A stretch of DNA of 64,000 nt from Neisseriales bacterium (GTDB taxonomy: Bacteria; Pseudomonadota; Gammaproteobacteria; Burkholderiales; Q3-R57-64). Below the pieces are notes generated by a model. That model made no database searches. It had not been told where the DNA came from and saw only the letters and a program-made list of their open reading frames with translations. The number at the start of each line of letters is the position of its first letter. The first letter of the stretch is position 1. This document shows, one piece after another, positions 1 to 10,934 of this stretch. Position numbers and translations under genes: made by a program. The stretch lies in NCBI GenBank assembly GCA_016699915.1, contig CP064990.1:512671-576670 (forward strand), written 5' to 3'.

Positions 1-641
1 TATACTTGTTTTACTGCCCTGATACCGTATATACCAGCGCCTGTTGGCCACCATCTATCCCCTGCTGGATCGAGCCATCGGCCATGTTGTACATAGGATG
101 AAAAAGGTAAGCGATAGAGCATAAAGCGACCCAGTTCAATTGTTAATCCGAGCAATTTCAGCCAATCTTTAAGATGACGCAAGCTAAAAAAAGCTCCGCA
201 CCAAGGCACTATCCCTGCCCTTTTATGTATGAAATGCCTCATCCCCCATAAAGATAGCGGATTAAATCCTGTCAAAACCATATGTCCACCAGGAATGAGT
301 AATTGTGATGCTTCGCGCAGCACGGCTAAAGGATCCGGACTAAAATCAAGTGTATGCGGCATGACGATCAAATCAATACTATGGTAAGGCAAAGGCAATA
401 AATCTATTTCTGAGCGAATATTAGCAAAGCGAGAAGTGTCTACTCGAGCATAATGCGTTAAACGACAATCCCGCAATAGCTGATGTGCTGATAAACCAAG
501 TTGGATAGCATAAAAACCAAACATATCAGCTGTTATACGACAAAAAAAATCTGTTTCTTGTCGTAAGACATAACGCCCTAGGGCATTTTTTTCAAGCCAT
601 CGAGCAAATTGATGGTACGAAGTACTACTTTTCGTTTTCAT
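1..641 (-). CDS. Class I SAM-dependent methyltransferase (YafS-like); C-terminus runs off the window start
   Basis: Absent from the ORF track because no stop lies inside the window. Manual reverse-strand translation from ATG (641-639) is open for 213 codons: MKTKSSTSYHQFARWLEKNALGRYVLRQETDFF...LPLPYHSIDLIVMPHTLDFSPDPLAVLREASQLLIPGGHMVLTGFNPLSLWG. The layout resembles E. coli YafS-type methyltransferases, and it is divergent from mltD as in enterics. Confidence 0.6.
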   Translation of the reverse strand, partial: MKTKSSTSYHQFARWLEKNALGRYVLRQETDFFCRITADMFGFYAIQLGLSAHQLLRDCRLTHYARVDTSRFANIRSEIDLLPLPYHSIDLIVMPHTLDFSPDPLAVLREASQLLIPGGHMVLTGFNPLSLWGMRHFIHKRAGIVPWCGAFFSLRHLKDWLKLLGLTIELGRFMLYRLPFSSYVQHGRWLDPAGDRWWPTGAGIYGIRAVKQV

Positions 642-777
642 GATTTACGCCACATCAATCAATCCATCGCGATATCTTGATACAAGATCGGCTTGCCATT
701 ATAATCGTAACCTGAGTATCTTAAGTTCAATGAAATGACATTTTCAGCACTTTCTTTTAATTTTTCGTCGTATACCT

Positions 778-2445
778 ATGCGTTCTTTTCAAGTAGCACA
801 ATTCATTAGTATTGCTTATATTGCATTGTTTTCGATCGCGCAAGCAGATGATACGGTTTTGTTGCCCACTCAATCTGATCCATTAACGCAATCAGCGATA
901 CAGCTTAACCATACCACGCTACATGATGACAACAACCTATGGCAAATCATTCGAGAAGGCGCAACGCTTGATGAAGTTAATACTGAACTGGTTCGGTTGC
1001 ACGAAACAGAATATGCCGCTCAAAAGGCCTATTTATTACGGGTATTTGATCGAAGTCGTCCGTTTTTATTCTTTATTACTAAAGAACTTAAAGAGCGCAA
1101 GATGCCAATGGACATTGCGCTCTTACCAATTGTGGAGAGCGCTTATCGTGCTCAAGCAACGTCGTCTAAAGGCGCGGCGGGTTTATGGCAATTTATGCCT
1201 GCTACTGGGCAAGACTATCAATTAAATCAAACTTGGGCTTTTGATGCTCGTCGAGACATCCTGCAATCTACACGAGCTGCTTTGGATTTATTGCAGAATC
1301 TCTATCGCCAATTTAAAAATTGGCCACTAGCCTTAGCAGCTTATAACTGGGGTCCTGGTAATGTTTCTCGTGCCATCAATAAAGCGCGACGTCATGGCAA
1401 ACAACCCACTTATGAAAACCTATCCATGCCTAACGAAACGCGGCATTATGTACCGAGACTTTTAGCGATACGCAATATTTTGCTTACTTCGCCTAAATAT
1501 GGTTTAAAGTTGGAAAAACTCCCCGCTCAACCGCAACTTGCCATTTTGCCGTTAGATCAAGATATAGATGTTACGGTTGCTGCACAATTAACGGATATGC
1601 CGCTTAGCGAATTTCAAGCTCTCAATGCAAGTTATCGATTGCCAGTATTAGTGGCTGATAAAAATAGAACTATCGTTGTTTTAGCCGATCGCTTAAATAC
1701 TTTTTGCAATAACTTGAATCATTGGGGCAATAAACCACTTACTAGTTGGAAGGTATACGTGCCAGAAAAGACGGTTGACGTGGCAACATTAGCAAAAAGC
1801 TTTGATATGCAACCGAGCGAATTGACTAAAATGAATCATTTAAAAGATGCTACTGTTATGGCTGGTAAACCTTTATTGGTCGCTAATGTACAGCAAAAAT
1901 CAATTGCACCAGAAGTGCCTGTTACGATTACAGCAGAGCAACGCTCCCAAGCACCCGTACTGGTTGAAGTTGCCAATACTGTATCGCAAGAAGAAGTTGC
2001 TGTGTCTTCACTAGATAGCCATGTTATGCCAGCAGTCAACACGGTTTATCAACAAACAGGATCAGCGCCCAAACAAAGCATGTCCTCGGTGCCCGTAACA
2101 CCCGCTTTACAAACCAAAGAACATGTCGTGGTCAAGGGCGACACTTTATCAAGCATTGCTCGCCACTATCGCTTATCGATAAACCATATTAAAGCTATTA
2201 ACCAACTTGTCACCAATACCATCAAAGCTGGCCAAATTTTGCGCATTTTCCCTATCACGTCAAACCTTGTTAGTGATGTCAAACAATCTTTCTCAAAAAC
2301 TTCTCACTATACAACATATACGGTTAAAAAGGGGGATACGCTTTACGGTATTGCTCACTTATTTGGGGTTGAAATGAAAGATATTAAAACACCACGCAAC
2401 ACCGAAAAACTCATGCCCGGTCAAAAGTTACAGATTATGCGTTAA
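778..2445 (+). CDS. mltD: Membrane-bound lytic murein transglycosylase D-like (SLT domain plus two C-terminal LysM domains)
   Basis: Signal peptide MRSFQVAQFISIAYIALFSIAQA. SLT catalytic motif ESAYRAQATSSKGAAGLWQFMPATG. Two LysM-like units (HVVVKGDTLSSIARHY..., YTVKKGDTLYGIAHLF...). Confidence 0.85.
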   Translation: MRSFQVAQFISIAYIALFSIAQADDTVLLPTQSDPLTQSAIQLNHTTLHDDNNLWQIIREGATLDEVNTELVRLHETEYAAQKAYLLRVFDRSRPFLFFITKELKERKMPMDIALLPIVESAYRAQATSSKGAAGLWQFMPATGQDYQLNQTWAFDARRDILQSTRAALDLLQNLYRQFKNWPLALAAYNWGPGNVSRAINKARRHGKQPTYENLSMPNETRHYVPRLLAIRNILLTSPKYGLKLEKLPAQPQLAILPLDQDIDVTVAAQLTDMPLSEFQALNASYRLPVLVADKNRTIVVLADRLNTFCNNLNHWGNKPLTSWKVYVPEKTVDVATLAKSFDMQPSELTKMNHLKDATVMAGKPLLVANVQQKSIAPEVPVTITAEQRSQAPVLVEVANTVSQEEVAVSSLDSHVMPAVNTVYQQTGSAPKQSMSSVPVTPALQTKEHVVVKGDTLSSIARHYRLSINHIKAINQLVTNTIKAGQILRIFPITSNLVSDVKQSFSKTSHYTTYTVKKGDTLYGIAHLFGVEMKDIKTPRNTEKLMPGQKLQIMR

Positions 2446-2460
2446 TTTTTATCGGCAATT

Positions 2461-2550
2461 GGAGAGGTGCCGGAGTGGTTAAACGGCCCTGACTCGAAAT
2501 CAGTGGAGGGATAAATCCCTACGTGGGTTCGAACCCCACCCTCTCCGCCA
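2461..2550 (+). tRNA. tRNA-Ser (anticodon CGA), long variable arm, encoded CCA
   Basis: GGAGAGGTGCCGGAGTGGTTAAACGG...anticodon loop CTCGAAA...GGTTCGAACCCCACCCTCTCCGCCA; 90 nt class II cloverleaf. Confidence 0.9.
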
Positions 2551-2638
2551 CTTGTATGAGTAACAAAAAAATTATTTTTTGCGCTAAAACTTTGAGTGCG
2601 TTCGCTAAAAGAAATCATCAAAAAAATTGACATACTAG

Positions 2639-3003
2639 TGGTGGAGGCGGCGGGAATTGAACCCGCGTCCGAAAGTCCTCTACAGTGAGTTCTACATACT
2701 TAGCCATTTCTTTTGTTTTTAACTTTCATTACGCCGAATTGGCAGGCTTAATGTTAGCGAGTTACCTTGCGTTTTACCTTTAATCAAGTAACCCGATTAA
2801 AGGCGAGCTGATGTGATATGACGCTACAGTGGTGTAACCCACCCGATCCACCAGCCTATCGTTGTAGCGTCTAGCGCGATTAAGCGGCTAGAGCGTAGTT
2901 TTCGTCGTTTGCGACTATAATTTTTCAGTGTTTTACGGGATAACTGAAATCCCGGTATGCACCCATCTGCTTTGCAACCCCCGTCGAAACCAAGGTCGCC
3001 CCC
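2639..3003 (-). ncRNA. ssrA: tmRNA (SsrA), tag reading frame ANDENYALAA*
   Basis: Reverse strand starts GGGGGCGACCTTGGTTTCGACGGGGGTTGC and ends GGGTTCAATTCCCGCCGCCTCCACCA. Internal resume frame GCA AAC GAC GAA AAC TAC GCT CTA GCC GCT TAA. Confidence 0.95.
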
Positions 3004-3055
3004 AGATTGATGAGATCATTGTAACATATCTATATATGACATAAATAAATACAAG

Positions 3056-6000
3056 TTATGCCCCTAATGCTTTCAAAACTTGTTTTGATTGATCAATGCG
3101 ATCAACGAGTCTTGGCATCGCTATTTTGATCTGCAATTTATCGGCACTAATCAGGCTTGCATGGGTTTGTGTTTGAAGCCAGGCTACCATTCTTGATGCA
3201 TCAATAGCTGGTTTTGCTGAAAACTGAATCGTTAAACGCTGTTCGGTTGCATCGAATTTGATAATACCCAAAGGTTTGGCCATTTGCCCAATTCGGCAGT
3301 TTTCAAGTAGCGCTTGAGCTGGTTCAGGAAGCAAACCAAACCGATCAATCAGTTCTTCATGGATGCTATTTATTGCTTTTTCTGATTCGCATGAGGCAAG
3401 ACGCTTATACAACACCAGTCGTTCATGAATGTCAGGGCAATAGGACTCGGGCAACAAGGCAGGATAATGTAAATTAACATCAATATGCGTGTGGAGCGGA
3501 TTATCTATATCCAATGTTTTGCCTTGTTTTAATAACGCAACGGCTCGTTTGAGCATGGCATGGTAAAGCGTATAACCGATTGCTTGCATATCACCGGATT
3601 GCTGTTCTCCTAAAACAGCTCCTGCACCCCGAATTTCTAAGTCTTGCATGGCTAAAGAAAATCCTGCTCCCAATTCATCTGATAATTGAATAGCTTCCAA
3701 ACGCTTTGCTGCATCTGCTGTGATTTCATCTGGCACCAATAAATAAGCGTAAGCTTGGTGATGGGAGCGCCCTACTCTACCGCGTAATTGATGAAGTTGC
3801 GCTAATCCAAAACGGTCAGCGCGATGGACGATAATAGTATTAGCATTGGGTACATCAATGCCCGTTTCGATAATCGTGGAACAAAGCAAAACGGCGTAGC
3901 GTTGTTGCACAAAGTCTCGCATCACGGTTTCTAATGATTTTTCATGCATCTGGCCATGCGCTATACCGATCTGTATGTTGGGTAGCCATCTTATGAGGTT
4001 TTCATACATGGCATTGATGCGTTGGACTTCGTTATATAAGAAAAAGACTTGCCCGCCACGCCTTACTTCACGTAACACAGCTTCTTGAATAATCCCTTGA
4101 CTCATGGGGGAGACAAAAGTTTTAACTGCTAAGCGCTGGTTTGGCGCTGTGGTGATCATCGAAAAATCACGCAATCCCTCAAGTGCCATGGAAAGTGTGC
4201 GCGGAATGGGTGTAGCGGTAAGGGTGAGTACATCGACATTGGCTCGCAAACGCTTTAAGGTTTCTTTTTGATGTACGCCAAATCGGTGCTCTTCATCAAT
4301 AATCACTAATCCTAAATTTTTAAAAACAACATCAGATTGCAGTAAGCGGTGCGTACCAATAGCTATATCTATTGTGCCATGAGCAAGATCCAATAAAGCT
4401 TGATGCGTTACTTTTTTGCTACGAAAACGGGACAACTCAGTAATACGGACAGGCCAAGCAGTAAAGCGATCGCAGAAAACTTGGTAATGTTGTTCTGCTA
4501 ATAATGTAGTCGGTACCAATACGCAAACTTGGTAACCATTCATCACCGCAATAAAAGTAGCACGTAAAGCGACTTCCGTTTTACCAAAACCAACATCGCC
4601 ACATATCAAGCGATCCATTGGTTTACTTGAACACATATCGTTTATAACCGCCTGAACAGCACTTAATTGATCGGGTGTTTCTTCAAAAGGAAACCCAGCA
4701 ATAAAAGCACGGTAATCTTTTTCTGATAACGTCAAGGTATGTCCTGTTCTTGCCATCCGCGCCGCATAAAGCGCCAAAAGTTCTGCTGCAGTATCGCGCA
4801 CCGCTTCTAGTGCTTTGGCTTTAGTTTTGGCCCAACCAGCATGGCCTAACTGATTTAATGCAACCTGGTTAGCGTCCTGACCCATATAGCGTGAAATAAA
4901 CTGTAACTGCGATACTGGTACATAAAGCTTGGCTGCATTGGCATACAGTATTTCCATCATCTCAGCTGTTGCTTCCCCAGCTTTGATCAACTTAAGGCCT
5001 TGATAACAACCAATACCATATTCTTCATGTACCACTTTATCGCCAACATGAATGGCCGATAGATCACGTGATGCAGGGTCGATGATGTTACGTGCTACTT
5101 TATCTGAATCACTGTGTTGCACATAATGTGCATAGTGTTGATAAAGAATAGCTTCTGTAATAACAGCAATGTTCTTATCAACAAAACTTTCAACAAGCGG
5201 CGTTTGGGCAATATATAACGCGTCATGGCCCGCGATAAAAGCAGACCAGCTATCGATATTCATGACTGCTAAAGTAGCTTCTTTAAGCAATTGTTTGAGC
5301 GTTTCTAGGCGCCCTACGCTCTTAGAAGTAATCAACACTTTGCCGGAGAATGTATCAAGAAACGTTTTCAATGTTGCCAAAGATGTTTTAGCATGCGAAG
5401 TGATCGCCATATCTGGGATAGCCGATGGCTTAACAGCGATTGACTGACAAGGATAGGATAAAAGATGCTGATCCCATTCATCTGGAGTGATATAGAGCCT
5501 ATCGGGTGGTAAAATAGGGCGATCCATATCACTTTGTGCAATATGATAAAAACGATTGATGTCATGCCACCAGGTTGTAACGGCTGAAAAAGCGTTTTCT
5601 AACGAAACAATGTGTGCTCTTTGTCCAATGTAGTCGAACAATGTTGCTGTTTTTTCAAAAAAAAGTGGCAGGTAATATTCAATCCCTGCCGGCCAAATCC
5701 CTTTAGCAACATTTTGATATAACCGGTCATTTTGATGGTGGGATCCCAAAGTAGCCAAATAACGCTCGCCAAAATAGTGAATGGCTAAGGCATCGGTTGG
5801 ATATTCTTTTGCTGGCAATAAATGCAATTTTTCAACATGTGTAATGGTTTTTTGCGTATCGGGATCAAAGGGACATAGCGTTTCGATTTGGTCATCGAAT
5901 AGATCAATGCGATAAGGTAAGTCTGCGCCGATAGGATAAAGATCAATGATACCACCCCGTTTGGCAAATTCACCGTGCGCTACAACTTGACTGACTTGAT

Positions 6001-6430
6001 GATAACCCGATGCTACTAAATCTTGACAGAGCCTCGACATGTGTAGCGTTTGACCAACTTCTAAAAAAAAGGTACGCCCCATCAAATAATCAAGTGGTAA
6101 AAGGCGCATTAAAGCCGTATTCACAGTTAATACAATAATTTTAATCAAACGTTGGCGCACTTGCCAAAGTGTCATTAAACGCGTCGAAATTAAATCAATA
6201 TGTGCTGAAAAATGGTCATAAGGTAAGGTTTCCCAGTCTGGAAAATAAGCAATCGGTATATCGGGTACAAAATAGGCGATTTCTTTAACCAAACGCTTGG
6301 CTGTTCGCGCGTTTTTGGTTAATACCACTAATAATTGGTCAGCGGATGCTAAGCGTGCAATAGTTAAGCTATCGCTTGCCACTTTCAGGATTTTTTGATG
6401 TTTTGAGCGACGAAAAGGTTGTTCCGACAT
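3056..6430 (-). CDS. mfd: Transcription-repair coupling factor
   Basis: 1124 aa. Superfamily-2 helicase motifs (GDVGFGKTEVALRA, DEEHRFGV, QLHQLRGRVGRS) and a CarD-like segment (VGDKVVHEEYGIG). Confidence 0.95.
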   Translation of the reverse strand: MSEQPFRRSKHQKILKVASDSLTIARLASADQLLVVLTKNARTAKRLVKEIAYFVPDIPIAYFPDWETLPYDHFSAHIDLISTRLMTLWQVRQRLIKIIVLTVNTALMRLLPLDYLMGRTFFLEVGQTLHMSRLCQDLVASGYHQVSQVVAHGEFAKRGGIIDLYPIGADLPYRIDLFDDQIETLCPFDPDTQKTITHVEKLHLLPAKEYPTDALAIHYFGERYLATLGSHHQNDRLYQNVAKGIWPAGIEYYLPLFFEKTATLFDYIGQRAHIVSLENAFSAVTTWWHDINRFYHIAQSDMDRPILPPDRLYITPDEWDQHLLSYPCQSIAVKPSAIPDMAITSHAKTSLATLKTFLDTFSGKVLITSKSVGRLETLKQLLKEATLAVMNIDSWSAFIAGHDALYIAQTPLVESFVDKNIAVITEAILYQHYAHYVQHSDSDKVARNIIDPASRDLSAIHVGDKVVHEEYGIGCYQGLKLIKAGEATAEMMEILYANAAKLYVPVSQLQFISRYMGQDANQVALNQLGHAGWAKTKAKALEAVRDTAAELLALYAARMARTGHTLTLSEKDYRAFIAGFPFEETPDQLSAVQAVINDMCSSKPMDRLICGDVGFGKTEVALRATFIAVMNGYQVCVLVPTTLLAEQHYQVFCDRFTAWPVRITELSRFRSKKVTHQALLDLAHGTIDIAIGTHRLLQSDVVFKNLGLVIIDEEHRFGVHQKETLKRLRANVDVLTLTATPIPRTLSMALEGLRDFSMITTAPNQRLAVKTFVSPMSQGIIQEAVLREVRRGGQVFFLYNEVQRINAMYENLIRWLPNIQIGIAHGQMHEKSLETVMRDFVQQRYAVLLCSTIIETGIDVPNANTIIVHRADRFGLAQLHQLRGRVGRSHHQAYAYLLVPDEITADAAKRLEAIQLSDELGAGFSLAMQDLEIRGAGAVLGEQQSGDMQAIGYTLYHAMLKRAVALLKQGKTLDIDNPLHTHIDVNLHYPALLPESYCPDIHERLVLYKRLASCESEKAINSIHEELIDRFGLLPEPAQALLENCRIGQMAKPLGIIKFDATEQRLTIQFSAKPAIDASRMVAWLQTQTHASLISADKLQIKIAMPRLVDRIDQSKQVLKALGA

Positions 6431-6563
6431 AGTCTAAGTTAAGAATGAATAATCCGTTTATATTGTAAGGGCTATACCAATTAAAACATCGTCAGTGCAG
6501 TAAAAATAGTGTAAGTTCTATTCGCTGACATCATGAATGAACCACCATTGAAAGGGATTTGAT

Positions 6564-7322
6564 TTGGACAATACGAAACTTATTTATGGTTTTCACGCAA
6601 TCAATTTACATTTGCAGCATCATCCCGATGACATCCAAATGTTGTGGATCAAAGAAAACCGTTGTGATAAGCGCGTTCAGCAGCTTTCAGATCGCGCTTT
6701 GCAATATAAAATAGCGATTCAGATCGCACCAACTGCAACATTAGATGCCCTAACCCATCATGCTCATCACCAAGGCGTGGTAGCAAAAGTATTGCATCGT
6801 CACTTAGCGTTGAGTTTGGATGAAATGTTATCTGATCTTCACGATGAAGCTTTACTAGTTGTTTTAGATGGCGTTACGGATCCACATAATCTCGGCGCTT
6901 GTCTACGTGTTGCCGACGCAATGGGCGTTGATGCCATTATTGCCCCAAAAGATCGTTCCGCCAAAATCACAGCTGCCGTGGCAAAAGTAGCTTGTGGTGC
7001 TGCCGAATCAGTACCTTACATTCTTGTAACGAATCTAGCGCGCACCTTGCAAGCTCTCAAAAAGCAAAACTTTAAAGTTGTTGGTTTATCAGAGGAAGGA
7101 TCTTTGCCTTTATTTCAATGCGATGCTCGTTCATCCATTGCATGGGTATTGGGTGCAGAAGGAACAGGACTGCGCCAATTAACCAAAAGATACTGCGACG
7201 AATTCGTTCGCTTACCCATGTTGGGTATTGTCGAGAGCCTGAATGTTTCAGTATGTGCAGGTATTGTATTGGCTGAATCACGCCGTCAGCGCGAATATAC
7301 CAAGCCAGTATCTAAAAAATAA
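6564..7322 (+). CDS. rlmB: 23S rRNA (guanosine-2'-O)-methyltransferase RlmB (SpoU/TrmH family)
   Basis: 252 aa. N-terminal IYGFHAI substrate-binding domain and SpoU motifs (LDGVTDPHNLGACLR, VLGAEGTGLR, ESLNVSVCAGI). TTG start in the track. Confidence 0.85.
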   Translation: MDNTKLIYGFHAINLHLQHHPDDIQMLWIKENRCDKRVQQLSDRALQYKIAIQIAPTATLDALTHHAHHQGVVAKVLHRHLALSLDEMLSDLHDEALLVVLDGVTDPHNLGACLRVADAMGVDAIIAPKDRSAKITAAVAKVACGAAESVPYILVTNLARTLQALKKQNFKVVGLSEEGSLPLFQCDARSSIAWVLGAEGTGLRQLTKRYCDEFVRLPMLGIVESLNVSVCAGIVLAESRRQREYTKPVSKK

Positions 7323-7487
7323 TGCATCCTAATTGCTAGGTCTATTGATAAGTAATTGAAGTAATAGGTAGTTTTTAATCAAAGTACCATATTGGCAGAA
7401 TCCGTATTTTGCTATAGAATTACCAGCCTGAAAGAACCTTGGCTCTTTTAACGCAGAAAAGAGCTAATTTAGCCAAAAGGAATCCTC

Positions 7488-7973
7488 ATGCGCTATTATG
7501 AAATCGTATTGATTGTTCATCCTGATCGGTCAGAACAAATCCCGAATATGCTCAAACGCTATCAAGGACTGATCACTGAAAAAAACGGCATCGTTCATCG
7601 CTTGGAAGACTGGGGGCGTCGTCCGCTTGCTTATCCAATCCGTAAAATACATAAGGGTCACTACATTCTGATGAACATCGCTTGTGTCGCTGATATCTTG
7701 TCAGAATTGGAACATACTTTTAAATTCAATGATGCCATTCTCAGACATCTGATTATTAAAACGAAGCAAGCTATTACCGAACCTTCGGTGATGTTTAATG
7801 GTTCTGAAAAAGTTAAAAACTTGCTCGCTCCGGAAGAGAAAATGGCGCATACGCAAACAACTGATGCGGTTGATGAAAACCTTGCTAAGGATGATGACGT
7901 ATCACTTCAAACCCCTCAATCTGAACACTTAACAGCAACTGAAGAAAACAATACTAAAGGGATTGATGCATAA
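7488..7973 (+). CDS. rpsF: 30S ribosomal protein S6 (with long acidic C-terminal extension)
   Basis: [17 protein letters not shown]...[12 protein letters not shown]; first gene of the rpsF-priB-rpsR-rplI operon. Confidence 0.95.
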   Translation: MRYYEIVLIVHPDRSEQIPNMLKRYQGLITEKNGIVHRLEDWGRRPLAYPIRKIHKGHYILMNIACVADILSELEHTFKFNDAILRHLIIKTKQAITEPSVMFNGSEKVKNLLAPEEKMAHTQTTDAVDENLAKDDDVSLQTPQSEHLTATEENNTKGIDA

Positions 7974-8259
7974 TTTTTTACGATTATCGGGTAGCATTAC
8001 ACAAGAAGAACCATTGCGTTATACCCCAGCTGGTGTTGCAATTTTGCAAGTGTGGCTAACGCATCATTCTGAGCAGCAACAAGCAGGAGGAACAAGAAAA
8101 ACAGATTGCGTTATCCAAGCTGTTTTAACTGGGCAAGACGCTAAAAAATTTACAGGACAACTCATTGACAAGCAGATTGAGGCAGAAGGATTCTTAGCAA
8201 AACGCAGCTTTCTGAACCCAAGACTTGTTTTTCATATTCAACAATTTAAATTGATTTAG
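7966..8259 (+). CDS. priB: Primosomal replication protein N (PriB, SSB-fold)
   Basis: Position between rpsF and rps[32 protein letters not shown]...FHIQQFKLI parallels E. coli PriB. ATG at 7966 (track begins at TTG 7963); overlaps the rpsF stop. Confidence 0.8.
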   Translation: MHNFLRLSGSITQEEPLRYTPAGVAILQVWLTHHSEQQQAGGTRKTDCVIQAVLTGQDAKKFTGQLIDKQIEAEGFLAKRSFLNPRLVFHIQQFKLI

Positions 8260-8271
8260 GGTACTGATGAT

Positions 8272-8505
8272 ATGGCTCAACCACTATTCAAACGTAAACG
8301 GTTTTGTCGTTTTACAGCGGAAGGTATTAAATCGGTTGATTACAAAGCAATTGATCTTTTAAAAGATTTCATTGCAGAAAATGGCAAAATTATTCCATCT
8401 CGGATTACGGGCACTAAAGCATACTATCAACGTCAACTGTCGACCGCTATTAAAAGAGCGCGTTTTTTAGCGCTTTTGCCCTATACCGATCAACATAAAC
8501 AATAG
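8272..8505 (+). CDS. rpsR: 30S ribosomal protein S18
   Basis: [38 protein letters not shown]...[13 protein letters not shown]. Confidence 0.95.
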   Translation: MAQPLFKRKRFCRFTAEGIKSVDYKAIDLLKDFIAENGKIIPSRITGTKAYYQRQLSTAIKRARFLALLPYTDQHKQ

Positions 8506-8515
8506 GGTCCATGTC

Positions 8516-8965
8516 ATGCAAATTATCTTAATGGAAGACATTGCTAGGCTCGGTCGTTTAGGAGATATTGTTAAAGTCAAAGATGGCTTTGCGCGAAACT
8601 TTTTGATCCCACAAAAAAAAGCGAAGCGTGTGACCGAAGCCAATCTTGCTGAATTTAAAGCGCGACGCGATGAACTTGAGAAACAACAAGCAGCCATATT
8701 GGAAGCAGCAAAAGTTCATTTTGAAAAACTCCATGGCGCCGTATTAAGTTTGCCTCAAAAAGCTGGCGTAGAGGGTAAATTATTCGGTTCTGTTACCGCC
8801 AGCGATATTGCTAAGGCGGTGAGCACTTATGGTGTACCCGTTTTAAAAGAGGCTGTCAAACTACCTCATGGTGCTATCAAAATGCTTGGGGAATATACAG
8901 CAAAAATTACGCTGCATCATGAGGTCATCGCCGATATTACCTTGCGTGTTATAGCCGAAAGCTAG
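8516..8965 (+). CDS. rplI: 50S ribosomal protein L9
   Basis: MQIILMEDIARLGRLGDIVKVKDGFARNFLIPQKKA. Confidence 0.95.
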   Translation: MQIILMEDIARLGRLGDIVKVKDGFARNFLIPQKKAKRVTEANLAEFKARRDELEKQQAAILEAAKVHFEKLHGAVLSLPQKAGVEGKLFGSVTASDIAKAVSTYGVPVLKEAVKLPHGAIKMLGEYTAKITLHHEVIADITLRVIAES

Positions 8966-8983
8966 CAAAATAAGTGACGTGCG

Positions 8984-9691
8984 CTAATCCCCTGCTTTGC
9001 ATAGCGACGAGTGGCGAAGTGTTAAGTGTCCTTTTTCTAATTGATAGATGCGCTGCATCCGCTTTGCTAACTGCTTATCATGCGTCGCCACAATAATGCT
9101 TGTATTGGTTCGCTCGTTTAACGATAACAGTAAATCAATGATGTGTCTTGCATTGTCGTAATCTAAATTACCCGTTGGTTCATCTGCTAATATGCAAAGT
9201 GGTTCGGTAACCATGGCTCGCGCAATCGCAACGCGTTGGCGCTCACCTCCTGATAGAGCGCTGGGTTTATGTTGTATTCGATGCTGTAAACCAACTTTTT
9301 CCAATATAGCATGGGCTCGTGTTTCGGCTTCTTGCCATGTTATTCTTCTAATTAATAATGGCATGGCTGTATTTTCTAAAGCTGTCAATTCAGGCAATAA
9401 GTGATGAAACTGATAAATGAATCCCAACATGCGATTACGTAAATAACCTATTGCTTTTTCTGAAAGCGTTGATAAAGCTGTCTGATCAACCCACACTTCC
9501 CCGCAGCTTGGCCGATCTAACCCACCTAATAAGTGCAATAATGTACTTTTTCCAGAGCCAGAAGGCCCTGTGATCGCTACACATTCACCCGATGCGACGG
9601 ATAATGCAACCTTGGCAAAAACTTCGACATAGGTGGCACCACGGCCATAATTTTTGCTAAGGTTACTGCAATGTAAAACGGTTTTATTCAT
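8984..9691 (-). CDS. lolD: Lipoprotein-releasing system ATP-binding protein LolD
   Basis: Walker [12 protein letters not shown], signature [14 protein letters not shown], Walker [12 protein letters not shown]. Start placed at ATG 9691 ([16 protein letters not shown]), overlapping the upstream permease stop in an ATGAATAA junction. The track ORF extends to 9727. Confidence 0.85.
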   Translation of the reverse strand: MNKTVLHCSNLSKNYGRGATYVEVFAKVALSVASGECVAITGPSGSGKSTLLHLLGGLDRPSCGEVWVDQTALSTLSEKAIGYLRNRMLGFIYQFHHLLPELTALENTAMPLLIRRITWQEAETRAHAILEKVGLQHRIQHKPSALSGGERQRVAIARAMVTEPLCILADEPTGNLDYDNARHIIDLLLSLNERTNTSIIVATHDKQLAKRMQRIYQLEKGHLTLRHSSLCKAGD

Positions 9692-10934
9692 AACGTAAAG
9701 CTTCAGAAGGCTGAGTATGTGCTGCACTTAAACTCGGATAAAGTGTTGCCAAAAAGGTTAATGTTAGCGATAGCGTAAGAATCACGGCAATATCGCTTAA
9801 CTGAATTTGGCAAGGCAGATAATTTATTAAATAAATATCACCTTGGATAAGTTTGGTACCTGATATCCATTCAATCCATTGCCCAATTTTGCCAATATGC
9901 AATGCTGCCATTACTCCAAGCAATACACCTAATAGTGTACCCAATATCCCTGTTACCATACCTTGAATAATAAAGATATACATGATGCTACGTGGTGTAG
10001 CACCAAGTGTGCGCAAAATGGCAATATCTGAACGCTTATCATTTACCATCATATATAACGTTGAAACAAGCCCAAAGGCAGCAACTAGAATCATGATTGA
10101 TAAAACAATTAACATCATCCGTTTTTCGATTTGCACAGCACGAAAATAATGACTATGTTGTTCGGTCCAATCCGTTACTGATTTTAATTTTGACGACAGT
10201 GAGCTTTTCAGTAAATCGGTTTTGACTTGCGGTGCTTGCATAGGGTTAAGGAGTCGCAATCGAATGCCAGAAATGGAGCGACCCAAGTGATACAAGGTTT
10301 GCGCATCGGTTAAGTGAATAGCCACGACGGCACGGTCATATTCTACAACACGGGTACGAAAAAGAGAGACCACTTTAAATTGTTTAAAATGCGGTATCAC
10401 ACCAAATGGGGTCATGTTACCCGCTGGCACAACCACCATAACAAAATCTCCCACCTTCACTTTAAGTGTAGTGGCTAACGCTTTACTCAATGCCATGCCA
10501 AATTGACCAGATTGAAGTGCTTCAAAATTGCCTTGTGTTACTTGCCAGCCTTGATCTAATACCTTTTTTTCAAAAACCGGATCAATACCTCTGATCATGA
10601 CATGTTGTAGTGTGTCGCCTTGAGACAATAAGGCCTGGCCACTGACAAAAGGAGCAGCTGCTGCCACATTTGGTATTATTTTAAGTTGCTTGATCGTATC
10701 GGGCCAACGCGAACTTGCGTATTCACTTAGTTCAATATGTGAAGCTGTACTGAGCAGATATGACCTAATTTCTTTTTGAAACCCATTCATTACAGAAAGC
10801 ACGATAATCAGAGAAGCCACTCCTAAACAAATAGTTAGCGTCGTAATTGAAGCAATGACAGAAATGAAACCATAACGAAAGCGTGGACGCAAATAACGCA
10901 GCCCAATTTTCCACTCAAATGGTAGATTTATCAT
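9684..10934 (-). CDS. Lipoprotein-releasing system transmembrane protein (LolC/E family; single permease, LolF-like arrangement)
   Basis: 416 aa. N-terminus FEWKIGLRYLRPR, FtsX-type C-terminal TM bundle, directly coupled to lolD. Confidence 0.8.
   Translation of the reverse strand: MINLPFEWKIGLRYLRPRFRYGFISVIASITTLTICLGVASLIIVLSVMNGFQKEIRSYLLSTASHIELSEYASSRWPDTIKQLKIIPNVAAAAPFVSGQALLSQGDTLQHVMIRGIDPVFEKKVLDQGWQVTQGNFEALQSGQFGMALSKALATTLKVKVGDFVMVVVPAGNMTPFGVIPHFKQFKVVSLFRTRVVEYDRAVVAIHLTDAQTLYHLGRSISGIRLRLLNPMQAPQVKTDLLKSSLSSKLKSVTDWTEQHSHYFRAVQIEKRMMLIVLSIMILVAAFGLVSTLYMMVNDKRSDIAILRTLGATPRSIMYIFIIQGMVTGILGTLLGVLLGVMAALHIGKIGQWIEWISGTKLIQGDIYLINYLPCQIQLSDIAVILTLSLTLTFLATLYPSLSAAHTQPSEALRYE

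Noticed and set aside
2442-2633. 63 aa minus-strand ORF
   Set aside because: It lies entirely over tRNA-Ser and the tRNA/tmRNA spacer, so it is an artefact of reading through a structural RNA gene.
2461-3055. Genomic island integrated at ssrA or tRNA-Ser
   Set aside because: The tmRNA 3' end is followed within 90 bp by tRNA-Ser and then mltD. There is no integrase, no duplicated tmRNA 3' end and no foreign genes.
923-10000. Short ORFs nested in or antisense to long genes (e.g. 923-1225, 1836-2042, 5169-5447, 5368-5565, 5785-5973, 7072-7281, 8467-8697, 9192-9404). The same class occurs later in the window (e.g. 23047-23244, 25002-25337, 32529-32786, 38150-38409, 40133-40381, 43274-43691, 47742-48001, 51225-51571, 59848-60183, 60370-60627, 61964-62173, 62820-63008).
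   Set aside because: Each is fully contained in a well-supported conserved gene in another frame or strand. None has a recognisable motif or an independent start context.
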